NCBI GenBank assembly: GCA_937949615.1
Contig: CALEDQ010000018.1
Location: forward strand, 140,161 to 170,369
Direction: 5' to 3'
From: an uncultured bacterium
Lineage (GTDB): Bacteria; Muiribacteriota; Ozemobacteria; Ozemobacterales; Ozemobacteraceae
Length of the DNA: 30,209 nucleotides
In this document: in pieces, positions 15,042-23,319 of the stretch
Numbering within the stretch: position 1 is the first letter of the stretch
Layout: every line of letters starts with the position of its first letter
Position numbers and translations under genes: made by a program
Notes under the pieces: generated by a model
Told to the model about the DNA's origin: nothing
The model's input: only the letters and a program-made list of their open reading frames with translations
Databases searched by the model: none

Positions 15042-17741
15042 TCAGTAAGACTGGTTTTCAACGGGGAGGTAGAGGCGCATGATGCGGCAGGAAGTGGCGA
15101 GCCAGAGATTGCTCTGGTCGAAAAGCAGGTAGTGCACGCCGGGGCGTGACAGGCGTTCCCATTTTTTGCCATCGTAGAGCATGACACAGCTGCCACTTAT
15201 CGCGGGGTTGATGACGCGCAGTCGATAGGGACTGTCGCTGCCCCTTTTGATCATGGGCGGTACATCTGAGGATTTGAAGAACTTCTGTTCCAGCGAGAAT
15301 TTTTCGTCGCAGGCGACGGCAATGACGAACGGGTATTTCGCGTCGTCAGGGGCGGCCGCCACTGAAGTTATGCGGTTCGAATCGAAACCTTCGATCTTCG
15401 TCGGAACATCGCGAATAATAAGCTCTGGAGTGATATAGAGCAGCCCGCTCATGGCGCCGAGCCAGAGACGGTTGAAGCGGTCGGCCGCCATGCTGGTGTA
15501 GCGACGCTTCGGCACGTCGATGCGGGTGACCTGCTGGCCGTCGTAAATGGTCAGGCCTTCTTCCTGGAGAATGGCGACAACTCTGCCGGTTGCGGTTTCC
15601 CAGTTGCAGCAGTCGATGATGTCGGTAGTGACAGCGAGTTCCTTGTTTTCGAGACCGACCTCGACGCGTTTCCAGTTTTCGGGTGTGATGGTTGCCGGGT
15701 CGAGCAGATGCGCCCGCGGTAATATAAACAGCCCCGAGGCTTTGGTTCCGATTGCGATATCGCCGCCCAGCTTCTTGACGCACAGCAGCTTTTCATCTTT
15801 CGGCCATGGCAACTGACCTTCATCGATCTGGGTCCATTCGTGGCCGAGCTCAGCGCCCCAGTGCATACCAATACTGGTGTAGGCGGTCGTACTGTTGAGC
15901 ACCGCCAGATTCTTTGCATCAAAAATCATCCAGACACGCTCGTCGAAATCGAGGTCGTAATCGGTTATCTGCCCTCTGATGATCGGGTGCAGCGGCGCCC
16001 GCACCAGCTGACTGCGAATAGTGTAAAGCTGACGACCGTCGCGGGTAAAACGCCCGTTTGGGGTGCTGATTACCGGGTGAATACGATAGGGCGGCGATGC
16101 AGTGCCGTTAACTCCAGCAGTTGCCGAAGCAGCCACGGCAAGAGCGTTGTTGATCTGCTGCGGCGTCACGCTGCTTACCGAACCTGCTTCGATCAGCGCC
16201 TGATTTGCCGGCCCGATGAGCAGGCGCTGGTCGAGCGTCGAATAGATATGGTCGACGGTATCGGGCGGCAGGTCTGGCGGGCCCTCGACGCAGTAGTGAT
16301 GCCACTGACTTTCGCCATGACCTGGCATCGGGCGACTTCGAGCCACGGTGTTGTCTTCGATCTGAAGGTTTTTGACCGGGTCATTTTCGGGGTTTTCATA
16401 GCGACCGGCGAGTTTCTGGTTCATGCCGAGAATGCCAAGCATCGCCGCCGAAGGAAAAGCGTAACGCGACAGTCCGCGTTCATGCGAGATCCAGAGGTCT
16501 TTGCCCTGAATGATCTTGAAATACGAGATAAACGGCTCGACCGGATAGTCGTGCTGACTCGGGTAACCGTAGATATACGGCCCCCAGTGCAGCATGAACG
16601 GCCAGAAAGTTTTGGCATACGACGGGTTGCTGCCACGGTATTGAAACTCGTCATACTGGTATTCGTCGGTGATTCCGAGCATGGTGACGCCCGCATCGCT
16701 GAGCACGGCGATTTTCTTGACCGCAGCGAGGTAATAGACACGATTGATGTTGTCTGAGGGCAAGGGGCTGTCGTTGGTGGTAAAGTTGTACCAGCGGCCC
16801 TCTTCGAACTTCCAGAGGCCGCGCCCCTGAGTGCCGACCCACAAAATTCTTTTGCCAAGCAGGTCGGCGAGCAAAGCATCATCTTTGCTCATTTTCTGTT
16901 TGATGACATCGGTTTCTTCGTCGGGGCTGACGGCAATGCTGGTGATCCAGAGATCGGGGGCGGGCAGTTTCGTAACTCCGACCAGACCGCCGTTCTGAAT
17001 CAGGTTCAGCTTGTCCTGGGTGACAGCGATGATATTGTTCGACTTGCCCTGCGACAGGCCCTGAAAATCGTTAACCCAGTCGCTCCCGAGCTCGACGACC
17101 TGCTGTCCATCGTCGGCACGCAGCAGCCCTTTCCCTTTCGTCGAATAAATGCCGCCGCCCGGGTAATCCATGGCCATCGCGGTGATGCCGACCGAAATGA
17201 TGCGGTGCTGCTCTTCGCTGCCCATGCCCATCGAGTTGACCGGCAGAAAGTTGCCACCGCCGGCCTTCTGAAAGATCGTCGATTTAAAAAGCCAGCCGCC
17301 GAAGCAGCCGACATAAAGCGTGTTGTCGACAATCTGCAGCACTTCGGTGTCGATGGTCGACAGGCCCTGCTCGGTGCCAAAATGCACGAAAGTCATGGGC
17401 CTTTCAGGGAAATCTTCAAGATCGATACAGAACAGTCCGGCGGGCGTCGCGGCCCAGATGTTGCCCCAGGCGTCAAAGTCGATCGACCTGACTGCCATGT
17501 CTTTGAGCGGTTCCAGGTGATTGCCGATGTCAAACCAGTTCGCCTGATCTTCGAGAAACAGGCCGATGCCGCGGTCGGTACCCACGGCGAGGCGGCCTTT
17601 GGCGATGGCCATGCAGATCGCATTATTGCCGGGAAGCCCCGAGCGCTGGTTCCAGGTCACCCAGGTCTGCGCGGCCGAAAGCATGCCAGCAGTCGTAAGC
17701 AGCAACCATAAAATGAAAAGCTTCAGGACGTTTCTTTTCAT
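15042..17741 (-). CDS. Secreted 899-aa beta-propeller protein with two-component-regulator-propeller-like repeats; no kinase or effector domain
   Basis: Has the signal peptide MKRNVLKLFILWLLLTTAGMLSAAQ. The N-terminal region has repeated GxW..T..GL blades (WGNIWAATPAGLFCIDL, NTLYVGCFGGWLF, RILWVGTQGRGLWKF). The long C-terminal region has no recognised motifs. A GAGGA SD lies 7 nt upstream. Confidence 0.7.
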   Translation of the reverse strand: MKRNVLKLFILWLLLTTAGMLSAAQTWVTWNQRSGLPGNNAICMAIAKGRLAVGTDRGIGLFLEDQANWFDIGNHLEPLKDMAVRSIDFDAWGNIWAATPAGLFCIDLEDFPERPMTFVHFGTEQGLSTIDTEVLQIVDNTLYVGCFGGWLFKSTIFQKAGGGNFLPVNSMGMGSEEQHRIISVGITAMAMDYPGGGIYSTKGKGLLRADDGQQVVELGSDWVNDFQGLSQGKSNNIIAVTQDKLNLIQNGGLVGVTKLPAPDLWITSIAVSPDEETDVIKQKMSKDDALLADLLGKRILWVGTQGRGLWKFEEGRWYNFTTNDSPLPSDNINRVYYLAAVKKIAVLSDAGVTMLGITDEYQYDEFQYRGSNPSYAKTFWPFMLHWGPYIYGYPSQHDYPVEPFISYFKIIQGKDLWISHERGLSRYAFPSAAMLGILGMNQKLAGRYENPENDPVKNLQIEDNTVARSRPMPGHGESQWHHYCVEGPPDLPPDTVDHIYSTLDQRLLIGPANQALIEAGSVSSVTPQQINNALAVAASATAGVNGTASPPYRIHPVISTPNGRFTRDGRQLYTIRSQLVRAPLHPIIRGQITDYDLDFDERVWMIFDAKNLAVLNSTTAYTSIGMHWGAELGHEWTQIDEGQLPWPKDEKLLCVKKLGGDIAIGTKASGLFILPRAHLLDPATITPENWKRVEVGLENKELAVTTDIIDCCNWETATGRVVAILQEEGLTIYDGQQVTRIDVPKRRYTSMAADRFNRLWLGAMSGLLYITPELIIRDVPTKIEGFDSNRITSVAAAPDDAKYPFVIAVACDEKFSLEQKFFKSSDVPPMIKRGSDSPYRLRVINPAISGSCVMLYDGKKWERLSRPGVHYLLFDQSNLWLATSCRIMRLYLPVENQSY

Positions 17742-17888
17742 GCTGTATCCTCGTTGTTTTGCGTATCTTAATCTTATTGCATGCCGGCCGGTGAGTCAAA
17801 CCCCGTGGCGGCAAAATTGGCAGAAACTATTAGCCCTGATGTGCGGTATGGGGTATATTGAATTTATAAAACCCTGAAAGACAGATTC

Positions 17889-19817
17889 ATGTACCCTTTT
17901 CGCAACCTTTCTTTAAAGCTGCGCAGCCTGCAGATGCTGCTGCCACGCCGCGATTTCATCACCGCAACGGCGGTCTGGCTGGTCATTTCGGCGCTGCTGG
18001 TAATTTTCAACAGTCTGACGACGCCGTTCGACAACCGACTCAAAGATCTTAAAATCAGGTTCAACGCCGGTTACGTCAAGGCGACGATTCCGGCGGATAT
18101 TCTGCTGCTGTCGATCGACAGCGAAACGCTGGCCACCGCGCCGCACAAATGGCCATGGCCGCAGTCATACTGGGCAAAGCTGCTGCGCCGCATCAACGAC
18201 GAAGGTCAGCCCAAGGCGTTGATTATCGACGTTTATTTTCAGACGCCGGAAGCAGACGACGACACCGAGCTGAAAGTGTTCGCCGAAACGATCGGCGAGA
18301 ACGGCCGCACCGGGCTGGTCGCCCTTTATGAAGAGGTCGTCACCAATTTCGGCCGGCAGCTCAAATTTGTGCCACCACACAAACTGCTGCGCCGCAACGC
18401 CGCCTTTTCCGGGCTGTCGCAGCAGCCGATCGACGAAGACGGCAAAATCAGATCATTTCTGCTGCGCGACATGCGTATCGACTGCCGCCACATCGCCTGG
18501 GAACTCCTCGACAAAATCGGCATGCCGGTCGCCCACAAACAGGAAATCATGCACCGCGACAAAGCGGTCGCCCTTCTCGATTTCGCGACTTCCGAAACCG
18601 GGGTTTCGCAGTTGAGCATCAAGCAACTGCTCGAAGACGACCTGAATTTTGAATACCTCAAAGACCGCATCGTGGTTATCGGCGCCACGGCACCGGTTCT
18701 GCACGACTATCACCAGACGCCGCTCGGGCTGATCACCGGCCCCGAAATCATCTGCAACTGCATCGTGACTCTCGGCGCCGGGCATTTCCAGCTGCTGGGT
18801 GACTCGATGACCAGCCGCCTGTTTTATTATCTGGCCGGCACACTGCTGGCGGTGCTGATTTTTTCTGACTTTTTCAAAGACAATGTCAGGCAGATGGTTC
18901 TTTTATGGCTGGCGTTACCGGTTCTATTGTTCTTTCTATCGTTTCTACCGCTCGAACATCCGCCGGTCATTCTGACCTGGTTCGGCTATACGGTCGCAGG
19001 CAGCATCATTTTCATTCTGCTGCGTTTTCTCGAAATCTCAGAACTGCGTCAGCAGCTGCTCGAAGCCGAAATCTGCGGCACGATTCAGAAGAATTTCTTT
19101 CCGGCTGAGAATCTTGTCGATCCGCGCGGCCTGACCTGCTACGGCCGCTGTATTCCGCAGAAGGATGCGGGCGGCGACTTTTACGACTTTTTCAAACTCG
19201 CTGACGGCAAGGTCTTTTTCATGCTTGGCGACGTTACCGGCCACGGCATTTCGGCGAGTATGATCACCACCGCCGCCAAAACCGTCGTCATTCTCGAATC
19301 CGAAAAAGAGAATTTCGATCTGCAGAATCTGCTGCAGGAAATCGGCTACACCATCTTCAGCATGACCAACAAGCGCCGCATGATGTCGGCAGTAGCAGGC
19401 ATCATCGACCTCGAAAACCGTAAGCTGACGCTTGCTTCCGCTGGCCATCTTCCGAGTGTCATGAAGCTGGGAGCAACGGCGACTGAACACCCGCTGCCCG
19501 GGCTGCCGCTTGGGGTTGCCAAAAAGAAGCGGCCGATGTCGATCAAGGAAATTTCGATTCCGGAAAATGGAAAACTTTTTATCTATTCTGATGGTATTAT
19601 TGAAGGGTTGAACTGGTCGAACGAGATGCTCGGCTATGATACCTTCTACAAAATGGTGGCCGAGCTGCCTGACGGGCAGAGTTGCGAGAAAGACGTCGAC
19701 GATCTTCTGGCGCAGCTCAAGGTACACGCTCAGGGCCGGAATTTTGAAGACGATGTGACGTTGCTTGTATTAGATTTTGCAAAAGGGGAACCAGAAAAAA
19801 ATGAAGAGAAAGCTTAA
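17889..19817 (+). CDS. CHASE2 sensor domain - PP2C/SpoIIE-type serine phosphatase (RsbU-like)
   Basis: 642 aa. Has an N-terminal TM helix and a periplasmic CHASE2 block (LLLSIDSETL...WPWPQSYWAKLL...IIDVYF), then 3 or 4 TM helices. The C-terminal PP2C domain has GGDFYDF, GDVTGHGISAS and DGIIE motifs. Confidence 0.85.
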   Translation: MYPFRNLSLKLRSLQMLLPRRDFITATAVWLVISALLVIFNSLTTPFDNRLKDLKIRFNAGYVKATIPADILLLSIDSETLATAPHKWPWPQSYWAKLLRRINDEGQPKALIIDVYFQTPEADDDTELKVFAETIGENGRTGLVALYEEVVTNFGRQLKFVPPHKLLRRNAAFSGLSQQPIDEDGKIRSFLLRDMRIDCRHIAWELLDKIGMPVAHKQEIMHRDKAVALLDFATSETGVSQLSIKQLLEDDLNFEYLKDRIVVIGATAPVLHDYHQTPLGLITGPEIICNCIVTLGAGHFQLLGDSMTSRLFYYLAGTLLAVLIFSDFFKDNVRQMVLLWLALPVLLFFLSFLPLEHPPVILTWFGYTVAGSIIFILLRFLEISELRQQLLEAEICGTIQKNFFPAENLVDPRGLTCYGRCIPQKDAGGDFYDFFKLADGKVFFMLGDVTGHGISASMITTAAKTVVILESEKENFDLQNLLQEIGYTIFSMTNKRRMMSAVAGIIDLENRKLTLASAGHLPSVMKLGATATEHPLPGLPLGVAKKKRPMSIKEISIPENGKLFIYSDGIIEGLNWSNEMLGYDTFYKMVAELPDGQSCEKDVDDLLAQLKVHAQGRNFEDDVTLLVLDFAKGEPEKNEEKA

Positions 19818-20415
19818 AGTTTTTGCAGTTATGTTTGTGGGTTTGCTGGCAGCGCTGACCGGTTGTGGTGGGCAGGGCGACCCGGTCGCGAAGATTACCA
19901 CCGTCAAGGGCGCGGTTTCGACCAAACTGGCGGGCGCGACTGATTTTGCCACGGCCGCGGCTGAACAGATGCTGCGCTCAGGCGATGCCATAAAAACCGG
20001 CGACGATGCCGATGCCGACCTCGAAATCATCTCTGACAAAAGCCAGATAAGGCTCAGCAGCAATACTTTTCTCGAAATAAAGAATTTTACAGAAAAAGAG
20101 CTCAGACAGATCAGCGGCATTGCCATTTACAATGTGACGCCGCAGGACCGCAAACTCAAAATTCAGACGCCACAGGGCATGGCAACCGTTCTTGGTACCA
20201 TACTGCGCATTGACGCTTCGGATACCGAAACCGTCGTCAGCGTCGAAAAAGGCAAAGTCGGTTTCTCGAAGAAGGCCGGGCATGAAGTTATCATTGAAAG
20301 CGGCATGAAATACTCGACCAGCTTCACCGAAGATGCGGCTCAGCCGATCGACCCGTTCGAACTCGAAAAGACTTTCCATGGCGATGACCTCAAACCGGTG
20401 ATAAATCCAAGATAA
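19801..20415 (+). CDS. FecR-domain lipoprotein
   Basis: Has the signal peptide with lipobox MKRKLKVFAVMFVGLLAALTG-C. The FecR-type fold signature is LRSGDAIKTGDDADADLEIISDKSQIRLSSNTFLEI. It overlaps the CHASE2-phosphatase 3' end by 17 nt. The track ORF begins at a TTG at 19777; ATG 19801 is preferred. Confidence 0.75.
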   Translation: MKRKLKVFAVMFVGLLAALTGCGGQGDPVAKITTVKGAVSTKLAGATDFATAAAEQMLRSGDAIKTGDDADADLEIISDKSQIRLSSNTFLEIKNFTEKELRQISGIAIYNVTPQDRKLKIQTPQGMATVLGTILRIDASDTETVVSVEKGKVGFSKKAGHEVIIESGMKYSTSFTEDAAQPIDPFELEKTFHGDDLKPVINPR

Positions 20416-20428
20416 AAGATTATCAAGA

Positions 20429-20467
20429 CAGCTGCAGACTTATTTTATCTGCAGCTGTTTTTTTTTT
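20429..20467 (+). terminator. Strong rho-independent terminator after the FecR-lipoprotein gene
   Basis: A perfect 10-bp stem CAGCTGCAGA (20429-20438) / TCTGCAGCTG (20448-20457) with a 9-nt loop, followed by T10. Confidence 0.8.
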
Positions 20468-20516
20468 GCCGGCTTAAGGTTATAATTTGCGGTAATTAAA
20501 CTGGAGGCTGTGGCGA

Positions 20517-21389
20517 GTGACATTGAGAACTTTTCTGTTACTGCTGTTCACCGGCATTTTTCTGGTCGGGCCGGTAATTGCCGACTCGGAAACCCGCCCG
20601 GCAACACCGGCTGAAAAGGGGTTCTACGAGAAGGTCATCACAGCCTGCACCGGGTCAGTCGCTGGCATCAGCCTGTGGCAGAAAATCGACGAATCCGGGC
20701 ACGAAAAGGCCGAATATGAAAACGTTGTGCCAGGCACTGAAAACATGCCGCTTGTCTACCATTATTACGCCGAATGGGCTGACCAGCAAGTGCTCGAAAA
20801 GGCAAGCAACGAAATCAGCGCGGCCCTGGCCGAAAAAATGCCAGAAGTGCCAGAGACCTCTGAAAGTCAGGATGTAAGAGAACTGGAGGAACTGTCTGAG
20901 CAGATTGCTGCAGCTGCAGCAGCTGGTAATATGACAGAGGTCGAGCGTCTCAACAGCATGGCCGAAGAAATTTCGGCGAAAAGCGAGGCCATTTTTGCCG
21001 AATCTGACCGACAGTTCCGCGAAGTAATCGAAAAACTGGCGGCCCGCGATGCCAGAGCGGTTGTCAGAATCGGGGTAAATCAGTTTTATCAGGGCTTCGA
21101 CGGCGAACCGGTTGCCGGCAGGCTCAGTGACGGTACCGAGATTTTCCGGGTTGAAAATGGCCGCATGTATAATGAAACCTGGGTCGAAGGTACAACCTAC
21201 GTGATCCTCGGCAAAGACTGGAAAACGCAGCATGATGAAGCTGGTGCCAGCATGGAAAAACCGGAAAACCCGGAAATTAAAAACGACCGGGTTCAGTCGG
21301 TGGTAATTGCGGTTGAAGCTGAGCAGAAGAGAGCATTGCAGATACTTGAAGCAATGAATCTTAAATTAATCAAAAATTTATTGGACTGA
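20517..21389 (+). CDS. Secreted hypothetical protein, Glu/Ala-rich coiled-coil middle region
   Basis: 290 aa. GTG start 9 nt after a GGAGG SD. The signal peptide is MTLRTFLLLLFTGIFLVGPVIADSE. No recognisable catalytic motifs. Confidence 0.55.
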   Translation: MTLRTFLLLLFTGIFLVGPVIADSETRPATPAEKGFYEKVITACTGSVAGISLWQKIDESGHEKAEYENVVPGTENMPLVYHYYAEWADQQVLEKASNEISAALAEKMPEVPETSESQDVRELEELSEQIAAAAAAGNMTEVERLNSMAEEISAKSEAIFAESDRQFREVIEKLAARDARAVVRIGVNQFYQGFDGEPVAGRLSDGTEIFRVENGRMYNETWVEGTTYVILGKDWKTQHDEAGASMEKPENPEIKNDRVQSVVIAVEAEQKRALQILEAMNLKLIKNLLD

Positions 21390-21400
21390 CGGTCGCAAGC

Positions 21401-22216
21401 ATGGGGAAATCAATATACTGGGATGAATCTTTAAGTGTCGGCTGCGATCTGATCGACGGCCAGCACAAAGAACTGATCAATCTGGTCACCGAGCTTGAAG
21501 AATCGGCGCACACCGGGCTGACCAACGAGCAGCTCGCCCGTGCCCTCAAGTTCATCGTCAGCTATACGCGTCATCATTTTCTGGCTGAAGAAGAGTTGAT
21601 GAAGTCGATCGGATTCAATGAACTGCATCACCACAGAGAATTACACAACGAGCTCGTTCACAAAGTCACTGAAATATTGCTGAAAATGAAGGAAGGTAAG
21701 GATCCAGAAGTTCCCAGTCTTATTCAGTTCTTTATTGAATGGGTAAAAAAGCACGTCAATGAAGAAGACAGAAAAATTGGAACTTACTGGCGAGCGTGGA
21801 GTAGTGGAGTAAAGGTTATGGATTGTAAGGTTAAATCGGTATCAGAACGGCGGGCTGCGATTATTCCGCGGCTCGACAAACTCAAGGAACTTTTCAGAAT
21901 CAAACTGATCGAGATCGATGATTTTAAAGCCAAAAAGCAGAGTCTTTTCGAAGGTCTTTTCGTCGAACTTGGCCCCAATAAGATTGCCGAAGGGCTTTCT
22001 GATCTCGATCATTTTCTTAAAGCCGACATTATCGGCAATAAAGAACGCGATCTGATCATTGAAGGCTATCTGCGCAAGCTCAACCCCGAAGCGGATCTAG
22101 AGATAATTACCGAGATCGAGGACAAGCTGATTTTCGTCAGACTGCTGCGCGAACGCGAACTGATCACCGAAGAAAAGTTCAACCAGCTGAAAACCAGGAT
22201 TCTCGAAGCAATCTGA
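21401..22216 (+). CDS. Bacteriohemerythrin-domain protein with about 140-aa C-terminal extension of unknown function
   Basis: The N-terminal 130 aa carry the hemerythrin HHE metal-ligand pattern: W-x-ESLSVG...ID.QHK.L, H..HF..EE..M, H..H, and HV..ED at the end. The C-terminal half (RAWSSGVKVMD...LKTRILEAI) has no recognisable family. Confidence 0.75.
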   Translation: MGKSIYWDESLSVGCDLIDGQHKELINLVTELEESAHTGLTNEQLARALKFIVSYTRHHFLAEEELMKSIGFNELHHHRELHNELVHKVTEILLKMKEGKDPEVPSLIQFFIEWVKKHVNEEDRKIGTYWRAWSSGVKVMDCKVKSVSERRAAIIPRLDKLKELFRIKLIEIDDFKAKKQSLFEGLFVELGPNKIAEGLSDLDHFLKADIIGNKERDLIIEGYLRKLNPEADLEIITEIEDKLIFVRLLRERELITEEKFNQLKTRILEAI

Positions 22217-22283
22217 AAAAAAAGAAACGCTGACGCGACTCCCGGCCTTCCTGGCCTTTCGCGGCATTCCATTTGTGGCACAT

Positions 22284-22312
22284 AAAAAGGCCGCCTGCGT
22301 GAGCAGGCGGTG
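22284..22312 (-). terminator. Terminator hairpin between convergent genes, with the U-tract on the minus strand (serves the rubrerythrin-like gene)
   Basis: CCGCCTGC gtga GCAGGCGG (22291-22310), preceded on the plus strand by AAAAA (22284-22288). This reads as a T-run after the stem on the minus strand. Confidence 0.55.
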
Positions 22313-22361
22313 TAATATATGGCAAGCATCTTGATGATGCTTCGAGAACATCAGGAGGGCA

Positions 22362-22868
22362 TCAAAATGGCCAGAAATTGTTGTCGTTCCAGATGCGTTC
22401 GCTGATAACGCGATCGATCTCGAGCAACTGGTGCAGGTGCGCTCTTTCCCAGCGGGTCAGCCAGCTGTAGAGCTTTTTCTCTTCATCGTCGGTGGCCGAT
22501 TCTGCCCGTTCGGAATAAACCTTCACGGCTCTTTCTTCCATGGAGATTGCAGCAGAAATAGCAGCCGATTCATAGTCCGCGCCATTAATGAGCTTGATGA
22601 TTTCGTTAGTAAGAACCTGATCGGCAGTCTGCCGGATATCAATGCTCTCGTCAAAACTGCCGGCCTCGAAGCGGCCGCGTTCCTTCATTGCCTTGTACTG
22701 TTTGAGCAGGGCATGAATGTGATTCTGCTCCTCTTCGGCCATCAGCTGAAAAAATTCCCGTACAGAAGAATGCTGAGTGTGTTCGGCAACTTTGCTGTAA
22801 AATGACTTGCCACGTTTTTCGAGCAGCAGAGCCTGTTTAATGATTTCAAGTGAACGTTCGACGGTCAT
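22362..22868 (-). CDS. Rubrerythrin/ferritin-like diiron-carboxylate protein (no rubredoxin domain)
   Basis: 168 aa. Has two E-x(28-33)-E-x2-H half-motifs: EKRGKSFY...EEEQNHIHAL and EERAVKVY...ERAHLHQL. Confidence 0.75.
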   Translation of the reverse strand: MTVERSLEIIKQALLLEKRGKSFYSKVAEHTQHSSVREFFQLMAEEEQNHIHALLKQYKAMKERGRFEAGSFDESIDIRQTADQVLTNEIIKLINGADYESAAISAAISMEERAVKVYSERAESATDDEEKKLYSWLTRWERAHLHQLLEIDRVISERIWNDNNFWPF

Positions 22869-22940
22869 TGGCGCCTCCCTGAATTTTACTATCGCTTTTT
22901 ACTAATAATATAAAGCTCCGGCATAAACGCAAACAATATT

Positions 22941-23231
22941 TTAAAGCATTTCTTTGAGCGCAAGAGAGAAGAGTTTGATACCCTCGCGGGTTTTCAGCAG
23001 ACGGTATGATTCTACCCAGTCTTTAACGGCTTTATATTGCTGCGATTCGAGAGCGAGTGCATACATTACGTTCATTCCCGGCCATACTTCGGTATCGAGA
23101 CGGGTACCACCGCCACGGCCCGAACCATAAACCGTAGGCAGCAATGTATAACCGGTAATCAGATTCTTTTTAAACAGCTTTTCAAGGTCTTCCTGCAGGG
23201 TTGCGCTGCAGACAAGCATGACAAATTCCAT
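22941..23231 (-). CDS. Small PII-fold (GlnB-like) protein encoded at the 3' end of the RND efflux operon
   Basis: 96 aa. The pattern MEFVMLVCS...LITGYTLLPTVYGSGRGGG is colinear with the GlnB GITGMTVTEVKGFGRQKG core. An AGGAGA SD lies 7 nt upstream. It is on the same strand as, and 88 nt downstream of, the RND permease gene. Confidence 0.55.
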   Translation of the reverse strand: MEFVMLVCSATLQEDLEKLFKKNLITGYTLLPTVYGSGRGGGTRLDTEVWPGMNVMYALALESQQYKAVKDWVESYRLLKTREGIKLFSLALKEML

Positions 23232-23319
23232 TTTTCATTCTCCTGTGTTCGCGATGGCAGGCCAGGGCAGATGCAGCAGGCTTGTTTTCGGCACCCGGAA
23301 TGGCGCAGCCCGTTTCCCT

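Noticed and set aside
15840-16757. 305-aa plus-strand ORF, with several 60-150-aa ORFs at 15346-17711 on both strands, overlapping the propeller gene
   Set aside because: They are antisense or out-of-frame to a 899-aa gene with a signal peptide and repeat structure. Their translations are Arg/Pro/Ala-rich low-complexity with no motifs. These are typical spurious ORFs in GC-rich coding DNA.
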